Below are positions 1 to 9,533 of a DNA stretch of 64,000 bases, piece by piece. Origin of the DNA: Candidatus Hydrogenedens sp. (GTDB lineage Bacteria; Hydrogenedentota; Hydrogenedentia; Hydrogenedentales; Hydrogenedentaceae); the NCBI GenBank assembly GCA_049968235.1, contig JBMFRC010000013.1:18422-82421 (forward strand), written 5' to 3'. Made by a program: the position numbers and the translations under genes. The notes beneath the pieces were generated by a model. That model worked only from the letters and a program-made list of their open reading frames with translations, had not been told where the DNA came from and ran no database searches. Position 1 is the first letter of the stretch, and each line of letters starts with the position of its first letter.

Positions 1-144
1 AATATCCTCACAAATACCGATATTAATAAATTTAGGAGGGGAAATTAATATTTTTATACCTACATATATTTTTATTATAATATTACCTGTGAATGTATCT
101 TCATAAAAGTTTTTTCCATTGATGTAATTAGAGGCTGGATATAT

Positions 145-648
145 ATGACATTTACAGAATTTTACAATCTTATTTACGGTCATTTTGAGGATAATTGGAA
201 AATCTATGCTATTATCCTTGCCTTTATGATACCAACTATCATTATTACTCGAAAATGGTCTCTTCCTGTAATTTTCTATACGATAGAGACCACAATTTAC
301 CTTGTTTTTATGCATATCATCGTCCATGTATTTGTTATTGTGGTTGTCTGGTTTAAAGTTAACACCAGTATGAGAGCCCTCCGTGAAGATGGTACCCCTG
401 CTGAAGTCCCTGATTGGGCAACCCCCCTTTATGATTTCTGGAATTTAGAAGCATATATCCCCAAGTGGATTTCCTATGTGGAAATTGCCTTTGCAGTAAC
501 TATTATTTTGCTTGTTATCTGGTTACGTCCACCTGTCCTAGGTCCCGTCAGGTCAAAAAGAGCAAAAAGAAGGATGAAAGAACAATCCGCTGTCCGCGAA
601 GAAATGGAAAAGAAGAAAGCCCGTTATATGGATGACATTATGCCATAA
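145..648 (+). CDS. hypothetical integral membrane protein (about 3 TM helices)
   Basis: ORF with AGAGG about 10 nt upstream; hydrophobic segments; no recognisable family. Confidence 0.4.
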   Translation: MTFTEFYNLIYGHFEDNWKIYAIILAFMIPTIIITRKWSLPVIFYTIETTIYLVFMHIIVHVFVIVVVWFKVNTSMRALREDGTPAEVPDWATPLYDFWNLEAYIPKWISYVEIAFAVTIILLVIWLRPPVLGPVRSKRAKRRMKEQSAVREEMEKKKARYMDDIMP

Positions 649-794
649 CCAGACAAACCAACCTTTGTAGCATTATTCGCATATTACCTTATCGCTTTAT
701 TTCTCTGTTATTGATTTTTGCTGGTGGACAAATTTATAATTAAGATATCACCATAAATAAAAACGAAGTTGAAGGGTTCTTTTTAAATTAAGAT

Positions 795-1271
795 ATGAAT
801 TCAGAAATTAAGAAAATTGAAGATAAAATATGGTCTTTAATAAACGAAAGTCATTCGGAAAAGGTATCCAAAACGGTTATTCGGCGGAAATTGAGCCGGC
901 AGGGATATAAACTTTCGGATATTGAAAGTGCTATAAACCGAGTTTGGGAAAAACGGAAGGGAGCAAAAGTAAAAAGGATAAGTAACATGAATTTACCCAG
1001 ATTAGTTCCAACGACCTTTTATCTCCCCGATAATGACCAATTAAAGTTAACGGATGAAGCATACTGTGCATTACAGAGGTTGCACTATTACCAGATGCTA
1101 TCACCGATAGATAGAATTATACTTCTTGAGCAGATAGATAATGTTCGTGGAAGAATAGATTTAGAAAAATTGGTAGAGATTATCGAAACAGTCCTTGCTG
1201 AACGCTATCCTGTTGAAAATTTGAAAATTATAATTGCTGTGGCGGTTGGAGATAATTCCATTTTCATGTAA
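795..1271 (+). CDS. hypothetical protein
   Basis: 158-aa ORF, no motif recognised. Confidence 0.35.
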   Translation: MNSEIKKIEDKIWSLINESHSEKVSKTVIRRKLSRQGYKLSDIESAINRVWEKRKGAKVKRISNMNLPRLVPTTFYLPDNDQLKLTDEAYCALQRLHYYQMLSPIDRIILLEQIDNVRGRIDLEKLVEIIETVLAERYPVENLKIIIAVAVGDNSIFM

Positions 1272-1591
1272 TTTTAACCTCTTTATCAAATCATTTGACC
1301 CCCTCTATATTCTCCCATCTGTTTAAATAAATAATGAAATATCTGAACAATTCGTGTAAGAGGTTAGGTTATAAGTTAACATGTTTTTACGAGATAAAAT
1401 CCCGATGAGAAATCAAAATACAAAGGTCTGTATCTTTACTTGTATCCATTTTATTTTTTATTTTCTGTCAGTTCTTCTATCTTTTTATTACCTATGCATA
1501 GTTCCCCTCTTACTCCCTTAATCCCCCATACATCCGTTTCAAATTATATGCAGTCATTAGCAAGAAATGATATACTCCTCTCTCTATGCAC

Positions 1592-1667
1592 CTCCGTGCC
1601 CTCCGTGGTGAAAAAAAATAAAAATATCTCCGTGCCTCTCCGTGGTGAGAAAAAAATACTTCACCAC
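1592..1667. repeat. imperfect direct repeats (CTCCGTGCC-CTCCGTGGTGA, two units about 36 bp apart, CTCCGTG motif four times) plus GTGGTGA/TCACCAC hairpin, in a convergent 562-bp intergenic region
   Basis: read directly from the sequence at 1592-1611 and 1628-1648; hairpin arms at 1642-1648 and 1661-1667. Confidence 0.5.
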
Positions 1668-1833
1668 AGCGAACACAGAGATACCCGGAGAAGAAAGGAA
1701 AGGATTTTTTCAATGCACAAAACACAAACTTCACCTTTACAACCCCCTATCTCAAATATGATTTTATCCTTGTAATGTGGCAGAAATTTTTTTAGGATAG
1801 GAAAGGGATTGTTTTAATTGCTTACCCGGGGGA

Positions 1834-3327
1834 TTATTTCTCTTCTCTGTTTTTGAAAAGATAGTCTGTCATAGATTGTTTATGTTGAAATAAGACTATA
1901 GGTCTATAGGCTACTCTTTTCCCACCGGAATAAGGGCTTTTATCTTCCTGAAAAGCGTCAGATGAATAGAATTTAAAAAGCAGGTCTATATCTAAGGGAG
2001 TATATAAAGATAAACATATCCCATGGTTGGATGATGGTTGTTCAAGCCATTGATTGGTAAAATCAGAAATGTTTATTTTTATCCATCCTGTCCGAAATGG
2101 TAATTCCCAGATATTGAGAGGGTCATCCGAAGTATGAATTGGGGTATTCCAATTTGTTTCTAAAGAAGGAATACCATCAATACCTTCAAACTCATCCGAA
2201 AGCCCATCTCCTTCTTCCCATACATCATTTATCTTTTGAACTTTTATACGAACAGGCTCAGACCCAATTCTTTTTATCTCTGCCAGATATAACCAGATAA
2301 TGGCTTCTTTCAAATCTTCCTTTTTCCATTCTTTCGGCAAATCAAATTGAATTAGAATTTCTCGTCTTTGATTTTGTTCTATCCCGAGTGTTAGGTAAGG
2401 TTCTTTACCTGCATTATTTTCTGGTTTTCCTTGTATGATGGTGGTATCGCGAATGGACTGGATAGGAATAAAATCATTATTCTTCCGGACATAAGGTGCA
2501 TATTCCAGACTATTCTGGATAAAATAATCTCCCACAATTTTTGCGAAATAAAATTTCATAAATGTACTTACCGCAGATGCATTATGGTCAATACCCCCGT
2601 AATAATAATCTTTGTAATGCTGATATACCCAGTTATGTTTTTGTTTCATTATGTAAAATTGGGTCATGGCAACAAGTGGTCCGGAGGCAAGATAGCCCTG
2701 TTCACGGGTACAGCCTGCTTTTAATTGTTCTAAAGTTACCTGTTTATTTATTTTCTGGAAGCATGACAATATCGTTTCAAAGGGCCAGAATAGTTGTAAG
2801 GGTATGGGAGGAACAATTTCCTTTTCTGCGAACAGAAAAATATCCGTAGAGAATTCTGCTTCTCCATGAGAAGTTCCTCCTTCTTCTCGTGCAGAGGTTA
2901 AGAAGGAACGATGCTTTGCTTCATCGAAGTGCCAGGGAATATCGGAAATATCATGCACAATCATCCCGAGAAAAAATGCCAACTCTTTCCGTGCTTCTGC
3001 AGGGGGTAATTGGGGAAGTTTTTGTTGCAATACTTCCACGTATGCGGTTATAAAAGGGTTCCAGTGGGAAGTTTCTGCACAATCGGGATTTATTTCTCCA
3101 TAGCCCCAATCAGGGAAGGAACAACCTGCATAGAAAGCGGGATATACTTCTTTATCTTTGAACAACTCTGCTAATTCAAGATACTGTTTTTCCCATTCCA
3201 TAATATATTTCTGAATAGCCTCCATGCCTATCTCTATATGAGCCCGAACACCAATGGCATCAGTCCTGATACATAGAAATAAACAGAGGAGAATGAATAA
3301 GTATATATTTCTGTTTTTCATTCGCAT
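1834..3327 (-). CDS. secreted zinc-dependent phospholipase C family protein with C-terminal extension
   Basis: N-terminal signal peptide; blocks GVRAHIEIG, ETSHWNPF and FFLGMIVHDISDIPWH align with the zinc-ligand blocks of Clostridium alpha-toxin / B. cereus PLC (H11, DHFWDP, HYFGDIDTPYH). Confidence 0.6.
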   Translation of the reverse strand: MRMKNRNIYLFILLCLFLCIRTDAIGVRAHIEIGMEAIQKYIMEWEKQYLELAELFKDKEVYPAFYAGCSFPDWGYGEINPDCAETSHWNPFITAYVEVLQQKLPQLPPAEARKELAFFLGMIVHDISDIPWHFDEAKHRSFLTSAREEGGTSHGEAEFSTDIFLFAEKEIVPPIPLQLFWPFETILSCFQKINKQVTLEQLKAGCTREQGYLASGPLVAMTQFYIMKQKHNWVYQHYKDYYYGGIDHNASAVSTFMKFYFAKIVGDYFIQNSLEYAPYVRKNNDFIPIQSIRDTTIIQGKPENNAGKEPYLTLGIEQNQRREILIQFDLPKEWKKEDLKEAIIWLYLAEIKRIGSEPVRIKVQKINDVWEEGDGLSDEFEGIDGIPSLETNWNTPIHTSDDPLNIWELPFRTGWIKINISDFTNQWLEQPSSNHGICLSLYTPLDIDLLFKFYSSDAFQEDKSPYSGGKRVAYRPIVLFQHKQSMTDYLFKNREEK

Positions 3328-3509
3328 ATTTTATTTCTACATAAAATAATTTTGTATATAAGACTACCTGTTTACCTTTTTAGTTTCCTTTTTGTTAAAA
3401 AAGAATAGGTAAAACGGATGACAACAGATAAAAAACATCTCCATATAAACGATACTTCATAGTTACAAATAGGCAATATTTTGCAAGGTAAATAATGATT
3501 AAAGAGTAT

Positions 3510-4670
3510 TTATGGAGGGGTAATTTTTCCTAAAACTACTGGATGAGATGCTCCTGTAACCTGTGGTATATTGGCAGGTGTTCCACATATGGTTTCATTC
3601 CCGAGGATAGCAAAAGAAAGTGCCTCACGCGAAGAGTTTGGTATTCCATATTGGTCACTTGTAAATACCGGAATGGGTGCCAGACTTTTTGATAGCCACT
3701 TATGTATGGTTCTATTTTTCGCACCACCACCACCAATAATAATATGGTCGATTGTATATTGAGTTTTCACAAATCTTTCATAAGCATCAACAATGGTTCG
3801 AACTACCATAGTTGTTACCGTAGCGACAAGGTCTTCTACTGGATATTCCTTACGACTGGCTAAAGCATCTCTTAAATAATTTTCTTCACTGAAATCGTCT
3901 CTACTGGCTGTTTTAGGCGGAACTTTAACAAAAAAGGGATGGTCTAATAAATATTCAAGAAATTCATCAATAACCTTTCCATGTCTTGCCATACGACCAT
4001 CACGGTCCATATTTTCCGCTCCGCGTGTAAGAAGACGGACTGTTGCATCGATAGCCATATTTCCCGGACCTGTATCGAAGGCGAAGATTTTTTGGAAATC
4101 CGGGTCTATCACCGCCATATTAGATATACCCCCAATATTTATACAAAGAATAGTGCGGTTAGACCTGCGGAAAAGTATCCAATCCGCATAGGGCATTAAA
4201 GGAGCTCCCTGTCCACCAGCTGCCATGTCGCGGGCTCGAAAATCTGAAACCACAGGCAGACCTGTTCGTTCCGCAATTACCGCAGGTTCTCCAATTTGAA
4301 GGATACCCGTTTTTGAGAAGGTTGGTGGAGCAAGGTGTGCAATGGTATGCCCGTGAGAAGATATTAAATCCACTTCAATATTCTGCTCTTTGGCTATCTT
4401 CATCATTTCCAGCGCCGCCTGTGCCAATAACTCTCCCAGTTGAAAATTTAATTGGCAAATTTCTCGGTCCGTTTTATGTTCTGACAACAAAGCCAACCGA
4501 AAATCTTCGTCATAGGGAAATGTATTCGAAGCAAGTAATCTCATTGCCATTTCCGGACCGGAACCTTTCAGACGGACTAACACCGCATCAATACCATCAC
4601 AAGAAGTACCGGAAGAAAGACCTATTATATAACGCGGTATTTTTTGCTGAAGTGCTCGCAAATCAAACAT
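3510..4670 (-). CDS. anmK: anhydro-N-acetylmuramic acid kinase
   Basis: N-terminus IIGLSSGTSCDGIDAVLV matches the AnmK signature GLMSGTSxDGID; 386 aa. Confidence 0.85.
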   Translation of the reverse strand: MFDLRALQQKIPRYIIGLSSGTSCDGIDAVLVRLKGSGPEMAMRLLASNTFPYDEDFRLALLSEHKTDREICQLNFQLGELLAQAALEMMKIAKEQNIEVDLISSHGHTIAHLAPPTFSKTGILQIGEPAVIAERTGLPVVSDFRARDMAAGGQGAPLMPYADWILFRRSNRTILCINIGGISNMAVIDPDFQKIFAFDTGPGNMAIDATVRLLTRGAENMDRDGRMARHGKVIDEFLEYLLDHPFFVKVPPKTASRDDFSEENYLRDALASRKEYPVEDLVATVTTMVVRTIVDAYERFVKTQYTIDHIIIGGGGAKNRTIHKWLSKSLAPIPVFTSDQYGIPNSSREALSFAILGNETICGTPANIPQVTGASHPVVLGKITPP

Positions 4671-4714
4671 AAATCACTTTACCTTATGTATAGATTCAAT
4701 TTATTTACATACTT

Positions 4715-4756
4715 ATTATATAATTTATTGACACCATTGTCAATAATAAATATTCT
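4715..4756. promoter_or_regulatory. back-to-back divergent sigma-70 promoters sharing a palindrome TTATTGACA-N4-TGTCAATAA (4725-4746); minus-strand -35 TTGACA / 17 nt / -10 TATAAT for anmK; plus-strand TTGACA / 17 nt / TATTCT for the dprA-like gene
   Basis: hexamers and spacing read directly from the sequence. Confidence 0.5.
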
Positions 4757-4803
4757 CTAAAAAACATTTATTTAAGATAATATATTAATAATAATGCTCT
4801 TTT

Positions 4804-5793
4804 ATGATTTATAGTTCCTTTTCATCAAAAAAGAATGCCTATTTTATAACTTCTCTCTGTTTATCCATTCTAAAAAAAACAAAGCAATCATGGAAAACAG
4901 TTCATTCACTACTTTCTATGGATGAAGAAAAAATACTCGATATTTTTAACAATCTGGAAAACATTAAACAACTCGATTATCAAAACATTCACATTTCAAA
5001 TATTATTTTTCAAGAAATATCCACAATTACCCCGAAAGATATAAAAGAAGCAGAACAATTATTAATTAAGGTGCAAACAGAAGGTTGGAATATCTCTTTT
5101 TATAATGCAAAATATTATCCCCAACAATGGCAATATTTACAGGGACAACCACCTCCATTGATATTTTTTAAAGGAACACTCGAATTAAATAACAACAACA
5201 CAGGTATTGCCGTAGTAGGAACTACACAACCTACTGTAAGATGTGTAGAAAAAGTTAAAGAATTAGTTAAGTTCATTATCGATACTGGTGCTTATCATAT
5301 TTCAGGGGGTGCTTTGGGTGTTGACCGAACAGGACATGACACAGCCCTTCTGCTGGGTGGCACAAGTCAGGCAATTCTTCCCTGTGGTATTTTTCATTAC
5401 ACCATTCCTTATTATTGGGAAGAGGCGATTAAACACGATAAAATGCAAGTCATTAGCCCATGGCTCCCTACTGCAAAATGGGAATCGCAACAAGCAGTCC
5501 GAAGAAATCTGTTCATTGCAGTTCTTGCTAAAATAGGATGTATTTTACAACCAACCCATGAAGGGGGAAGTCTGCGCGTTGCTCAAGATATATTGTCGCG
5601 TAATTTACCTGTGTTTATATACGAACCTCAGTATTACGCAAAAGTATTAAGACATCTCCCCCAGGTATTACCGCTTGTAAACGATGAAGGAACAATAAAC
5701 TTTACTTTGGTGGAACAAGCCATAATAAAAGTCAGAGATATAATAGAGGAATCACCGGGAAATTTATTTGATTTGTCGAACAGGTCAGGTTAA
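4804..5793 (+). CDS. dprA: DprA/Smf-family DNA processing protein
   Basis: central Rossmann-like block GIAVVGTTQPT...ISGGALGVDRTGHDTAL typical of DprA; the exact start is uncertain (no SD at 4804). Confidence 0.55.
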   Translation: MIYSSFSSKKNAYFITSLCLSILKKTKQSWKTVHSLLSMDEEKILDIFNNLENIKQLDYQNIHISNIIFQEISTITPKDIKEAEQLLIKVQTEGWNISFYNAKYYPQQWQYLQGQPPPLIFFKGTLELNNNNTGIAVVGTTQPTVRCVEKVKELVKFIIDTGAYHISGGALGVDRTGHDTALLLGGTSQAILPCGIFHYTIPYYWEEAIKHDKMQVISPWLPTAKWESQQAVRRNLFIAVLAKIGCILQPTHEGGSLRVAQDILSRNLPVFIYEPQYYAKVLRHLPQVLPLVNDEGTINFTLVEQAIIKVRDIIEESPGNLFDLSNRSG

Positions 5794-5818
5794 ATTAACC
5801 CTTCCAAATTTATTTAAC

Positions 5819-6565
5819 TTAAATACCTAATCTCTGTTTTAATAATTGTTCTGTCTTCTGGAATACTTCATCGGGTGTCCCATCTGCAGTAATCGTTAGC
5901 AACAATCCCTCTTTTTCATAATAATCCGCTAATGGGGCTGTGCTTTCTTCATAAGTTTTCAATCGCACCCGTATGGCTTCAGGTTGGTCATCTTCCCGCT
6001 GGAACAATTCACCACCACATTTATCGCAAACACCTTCTACCTTTGGAGGATTAAAGATAATATGAGCGGTGCCTTTACACTGTTTACAGGTCCTACGACC
6101 ACTCAAACGTTTTACGACTTCCTCGGTATCCAATACATAGTTCAAAACAACATCTAATTGGATATTTAATTCTGCTAATAATTCCTTTAATGCTTCTGCT
6201 TGATGTACTGTTCGGGGAAAACCATCCAGTAAAAAACCATATCCACTGCTCAAACAATTTTTTCGTTCCCGAACAAGGTTAATAACGGTATCATCGGATA
6301 CAAGTTTACCTGCTTTCATTGCAACCATTGCTTCTCGCATAGCAGGACTTAAGGATTCTTCAGGTGTATTTTTTGCTGCACGAAAAACATCACCTGTGGA
6401 TAATTGAACCGCTCCATATTTTTTGCTAAGATACTCCGCCTGCGTCCCCTTACCAATTCCCGGCGCCCCTAAAAGGACAATGTGCAAAGGGCGAGCAGGT
6501 TTGGGAAGTTCACTTTTACATTCTGTTCCATAAAGCCATGCGTTTATGACACCTTCATTTGCCAT
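5819..6565 (-). CDS. adk: adenylate kinase with 28-aa N-terminal extension and Zn-binding lid
   Basis: P-loop LLGAPGIGKGTQAEYL; lid CKQCKG...CDKCGG; strong SD CAGGAGGG 7 nt before the ATG. Confidence 0.9.
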   Translation of the reverse strand: MANEGVINAWLYGTECKSELPKPARPLHIVLLGAPGIGKGTQAEYLSKKYGAVQLSTGDVFRAAKNTPEESLSPAMREAMVAMKAGKLVSDDTVINLVRERKNCLSSGYGFLLDGFPRTVHQAEALKELLAELNIQLDVVLNYVLDTEEVVKRLSGRRTCKQCKGTAHIIFNPPKVEGVCDKCGGELFQREDDQPEAIRVRLKTYEESTAPLADYYEKEGLLLTITADGTPDEVFQKTEQLLKQRLGI

Positions 6566-6735
6566 AAGGATACCCTCCTGATTATTTAAGGTTTTATCTT
6601 TTATTAATTAATGGAATGTGTATTAGTATAACAAAAAAGAAACTTTCTTTCATTTTTAAAGTCTTTTTCTTGAATACTCATATAAGATTAAATATACTCA
6701 TAACAGGGGTAAACAAAACTATTATAAGGAGTGAA

Positions 6736-9405
6736 ATGATGAAAACAACAAAAAATTTATTAGGAACTTTACTCATTTGTGTAATTCTCATTCCATGGTA
6801 TAGTTTTGCAGAGATACTACCTCTGGAACAGAACTGGCAGGTCCAGACATCCCGAGGATTGAATCTCGAAGGGAATGTATTATCAACTACCAATTGTGTT
6901 ACAGATAGTTGGTATAAAACAAAAGTGCCCAATACGATTCTTGCGGTGCTTGAAGATAGTAACGTTTATCCCAATTTATATTATGGAACAAATTTGAAGA
7001 AAGTACCGGGCTATCAAGATGACCTCTGGTTAATTATGCCGGAGAATAGTCCTTTCCGTGACCCGTGGTGGTATCGAACAGAGTTTTCTGTCCCTGCAGA
7101 ATGGAACGGGATGGAATGCACACTTCATTTTGAAGGTATCAATTATGAGGCGGAAATTTGGTTGAATGGACAAAAGATAGCGGACCGCTCTGAAGTGCGT
7201 GGTATGTTTCGTCGGTTTGAATTTTCTGTCTCCCAAAATCTGAAATATGGCGAAAAAAACGCATTGGCAGTGAAAATTTATCCGCCGGGTCTTTTACCGT
7301 ATAAAGATTATGATACAAAACAGATAGAAGCAACTACGGGTTGGGATGACCATAATCCACAACCACCGGATTTGAATATGGGAATATGGCAACCTGTGTA
7401 TATAAAAACACAGGGAAGCATTGCGTTACGACACCCGTATGTTGAAACTCAATTGAACCTTCCTTCATTGGATTCTGCAGATTTGACTGTATCTGCATGG
7501 ATAACAAATATGAAGGGGCAAGAAGTAGAAGTTACTGTGAGAGGGACTATCGAAGACCGTGTTTTTGAACAGAATGTTAAATTAAATCCCGGGGAGAAAC
7601 GGGAAATTATTTTCAAGCCAGAGGAATATCCTGTCCTGCACGTTCGATCTCCTCGTATCTGGTGGCCCGCACCGTTAGGGGAACAGAATTTATATATTCT
7701 TTCTATGGAAGCAATTACTCAGGGGAAAGTTTCTGATACGGCACAAACCCGTTTTGGAATTCGGGACATTCGTACCGAACTGAACGAAGAAGATTGGCGT
7801 GTTTATTATGTCAACGGGGAAAAAATACTTATTCGGGGTGGAGCATGGATGACTTCTGATATGCTCCTCCGTCTTACTCGAACCCGATATGAAGCATTAA
7901 TTCGCTATGCAAAAGAAGCCGGACTGAATATGCTCCGTTCGGAAGGTTTCTCTATACGTGAAACAAATATATTCTATGACCTCTGTGATGAATATGGGGT
8001 TATGGTAACACAGCAAATTTTCGGTAGAACAATATTAGAAGAGGACCTGGCAATTCAATGTGTTGAAGATATGATGCTTCGTATTCGCAATCATCCAAGT
8101 CTGGTTCATTTCTTAGGACATGACGAAACCTTTCCATCTGAAAAATTAGATACTGCATATCAGGAACTGATTGCCCGACATCGTATCCACCGAACCTATC
8201 AGCCCCATTCCGGAACATTTGTAACAACAACGCGTCGCTCCACAGGAGGAACACGCACAGGCACACGAGAACTATGGACCTACGCAGGACCTTCTCATTA
8301 TTACCTGAGAACTCACGATGGAGCATGGGGATTCGCACAATCCGGAGGGATTGGCGGGATTATTGCAAGTCCTACCAGTTTAAGAGAGATGCTTCCTGCA
8401 GACCAACTCTGGCCTGCATTAGACACCGAAGCATGGTCATTCCACACAGTCATTCAAGGTGGAAGTTACTTCTACGCTTTGCGGGAGGCAATGAACAGTT
8501 GTTATGGTTCTGCAAAAGATTTCAATGACTTTTCAAGGAAAATAGAAGCCATGAACTTTAACAGTGCAAGAGGAATGTTTGAAGCATATGCAAGGAATAA
8601 ATATAAAGCCACAGGAATTACAACATGGAAATATAACACCGCCTGGCCCGCGAGTATAACCTGGCAATATGTGGACTGGTATCTTCGTCCAACATCCGCA
8701 TATTACGGCGCTAAGAAAGCGTGTGAGCCAATTCATGTTTTATATGCCTATGATGATGAGTGTGTATGGGTGGTAAATAGTTATCGAAAAGAAATAGCAA
8801 ATTTGCGACTATCCGCAGAAGCGTTTCATCTTAACGGAGGAACCTTCTGGTCTCAAACAAAAGATAACATTACAGTAAGCCCGGACGGGAAAACAAAGAT
8901 TTGTGAAGTAAATATCCCCGAAGAACAGCGGAGACCCATGTTTTTCCTTCGTCTCCAACTATTTGATGAAACGAATCACCTCATCTCCACAAATACCTAT
9001 TGGCTTTCAGCGACCCCGGATATTCCCGGTGTTAGCGGGCATAATCTTAAAGGAATTTTTTATACTCGACCCAAATCCAAAGCGGATTTTACAAAATTAA
9101 ACGAATTGGAGAAAACAAAAATACATATCCGAGGGGAAGAAATTTTAAAAACAGAGAAAGAGCGTATTTTTAAAGTTCATGTAAAGAATACGGGTAGTAA
9201 TATTGCATTTATGCTCATCCCTGAATTATATGCCCCTGATAAACCCGGTTATGAACTTCCACGAGTTTATTGGTCAGAAGGAGGGATTATCCTGCGTCCA
9301 TCTGAAGAAATTACGATACAGGCAAAAGTCCCACTGGATACCTTACCCGAAAAGATATCGCCTTTGTTCAACGTTCGTGGTTGGAATGTAGAACAAATAC
9401 AATAA
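6736..9405 (+). CDS. secreted glycoside hydrolase family 2 protein (beta-mannosidase / exo-glucosaminidase-like)
   Basis: start moved to ATG 6736 (AAGGAG SD at 6726-6731, signal peptide MMKTTKNLL...); GH2 sugar-binding and TIM-barrel blocks (LHFEGINYEAEIWLNGQKI...). Confidence 0.8.
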   Translation: MMKTTKNLLGTLLICVILIPWYSFAEILPLEQNWQVQTSRGLNLEGNVLSTTNCVTDSWYKTKVPNTILAVLEDSNVYPNLYYGTNLKKVPGYQDDLWLIMPENSPFRDPWWYRTEFSVPAEWNGMECTLHFEGINYEAEIWLNGQKIADRSEVRGMFRRFEFSVSQNLKYGEKNALAVKIYPPGLLPYKDYDTKQIEATTGWDDHNPQPPDLNMGIWQPVYIKTQGSIALRHPYVETQLNLPSLDSADLTVSAWITNMKGQEVEVTVRGTIEDRVFEQNVKLNPGEKREIIFKPEEYPVLHVRSPRIWWPAPLGEQNLYILSMEAITQGKVSDTAQTRFGIRDIRTELNEEDWRVYYVNGEKILIRGGAWMTSDMLLRLTRTRYEALIRYAKEAGLNMLRSEGFSIRETNIFYDLCDEYGVMVTQQIFGRTILEEDLAIQCVEDMMLRIRNHPSLVHFLGHDETFPSEKLDTAYQELIARHRIHRTYQPHSGTFVTTTRRSTGGTRTGTRELWTYAGPSHYYLRTHDGAWGFAQSGGIGGIIASPTSLREMLPADQLWPALDTEAWSFHTVIQGGSYFYALREAMNSCYGSAKDFNDFSRKIEAMNFNSARGMFEAYARNKYKATGITTWKYNTAWPASITWQYVDWYLRPTSAYYGAKKACEPIHVLYAYDDECVWVVNSYRKEIANLRLSAEAFHLNGGTFWSQTKDNITVSPDGKTKICEVNIPEEQRRPMFFLRLQLFDETNHLISTNTYWLSATPDIPGVSGHNLKGIFYTRPKSKADFTKLNELEKTKIHIRGEEILKTEKERIFKVHVKNTGSNIAFMLIPELYAPDKPGYELPRVYWSEGGIILRPSEEITIQAKVPLDTLPEKISPLFNVRGWNVEQIQ

Positions 9406-9533
9406 TAAAATCCGCAATCATTATCCCTGATAAGCCATAGAACAAATAAGAGTGATGAGATAGATAAAAAAGAATTTAAATCATTATCCATACATTACGA
9501 AGCATTTATATTACTTATCCAAAAGAGTTTCGT

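Noticed and set aside
1592-1667. possible CRISPR array (also considered for 47084-47338)
   Set aside because: only two repeat copies without spacers at 1592-1667; the 47084-47338 array is a contiguous in-frame coding tandem repeat with no spacers; no cas genes in the window
1440-1775. ORFs 1440-1775 (+) and 1510-1734 (-) in the convergent intergenic region
   Set aside because: mutually overlapping on opposite strands, low-complexity translation, no SD; more likely non-coding DNA containing the repeat/hairpin element
2431-2849. numerous short antisense or shadow ORFs inside large genes (for example 2431-2724, 7030-7236, 14102-14332, 52208-52441, 62580-63038)
   Set aside because: they lie inside well-supported conserved CDSs on the opposite strand or in another frame and have no start signals
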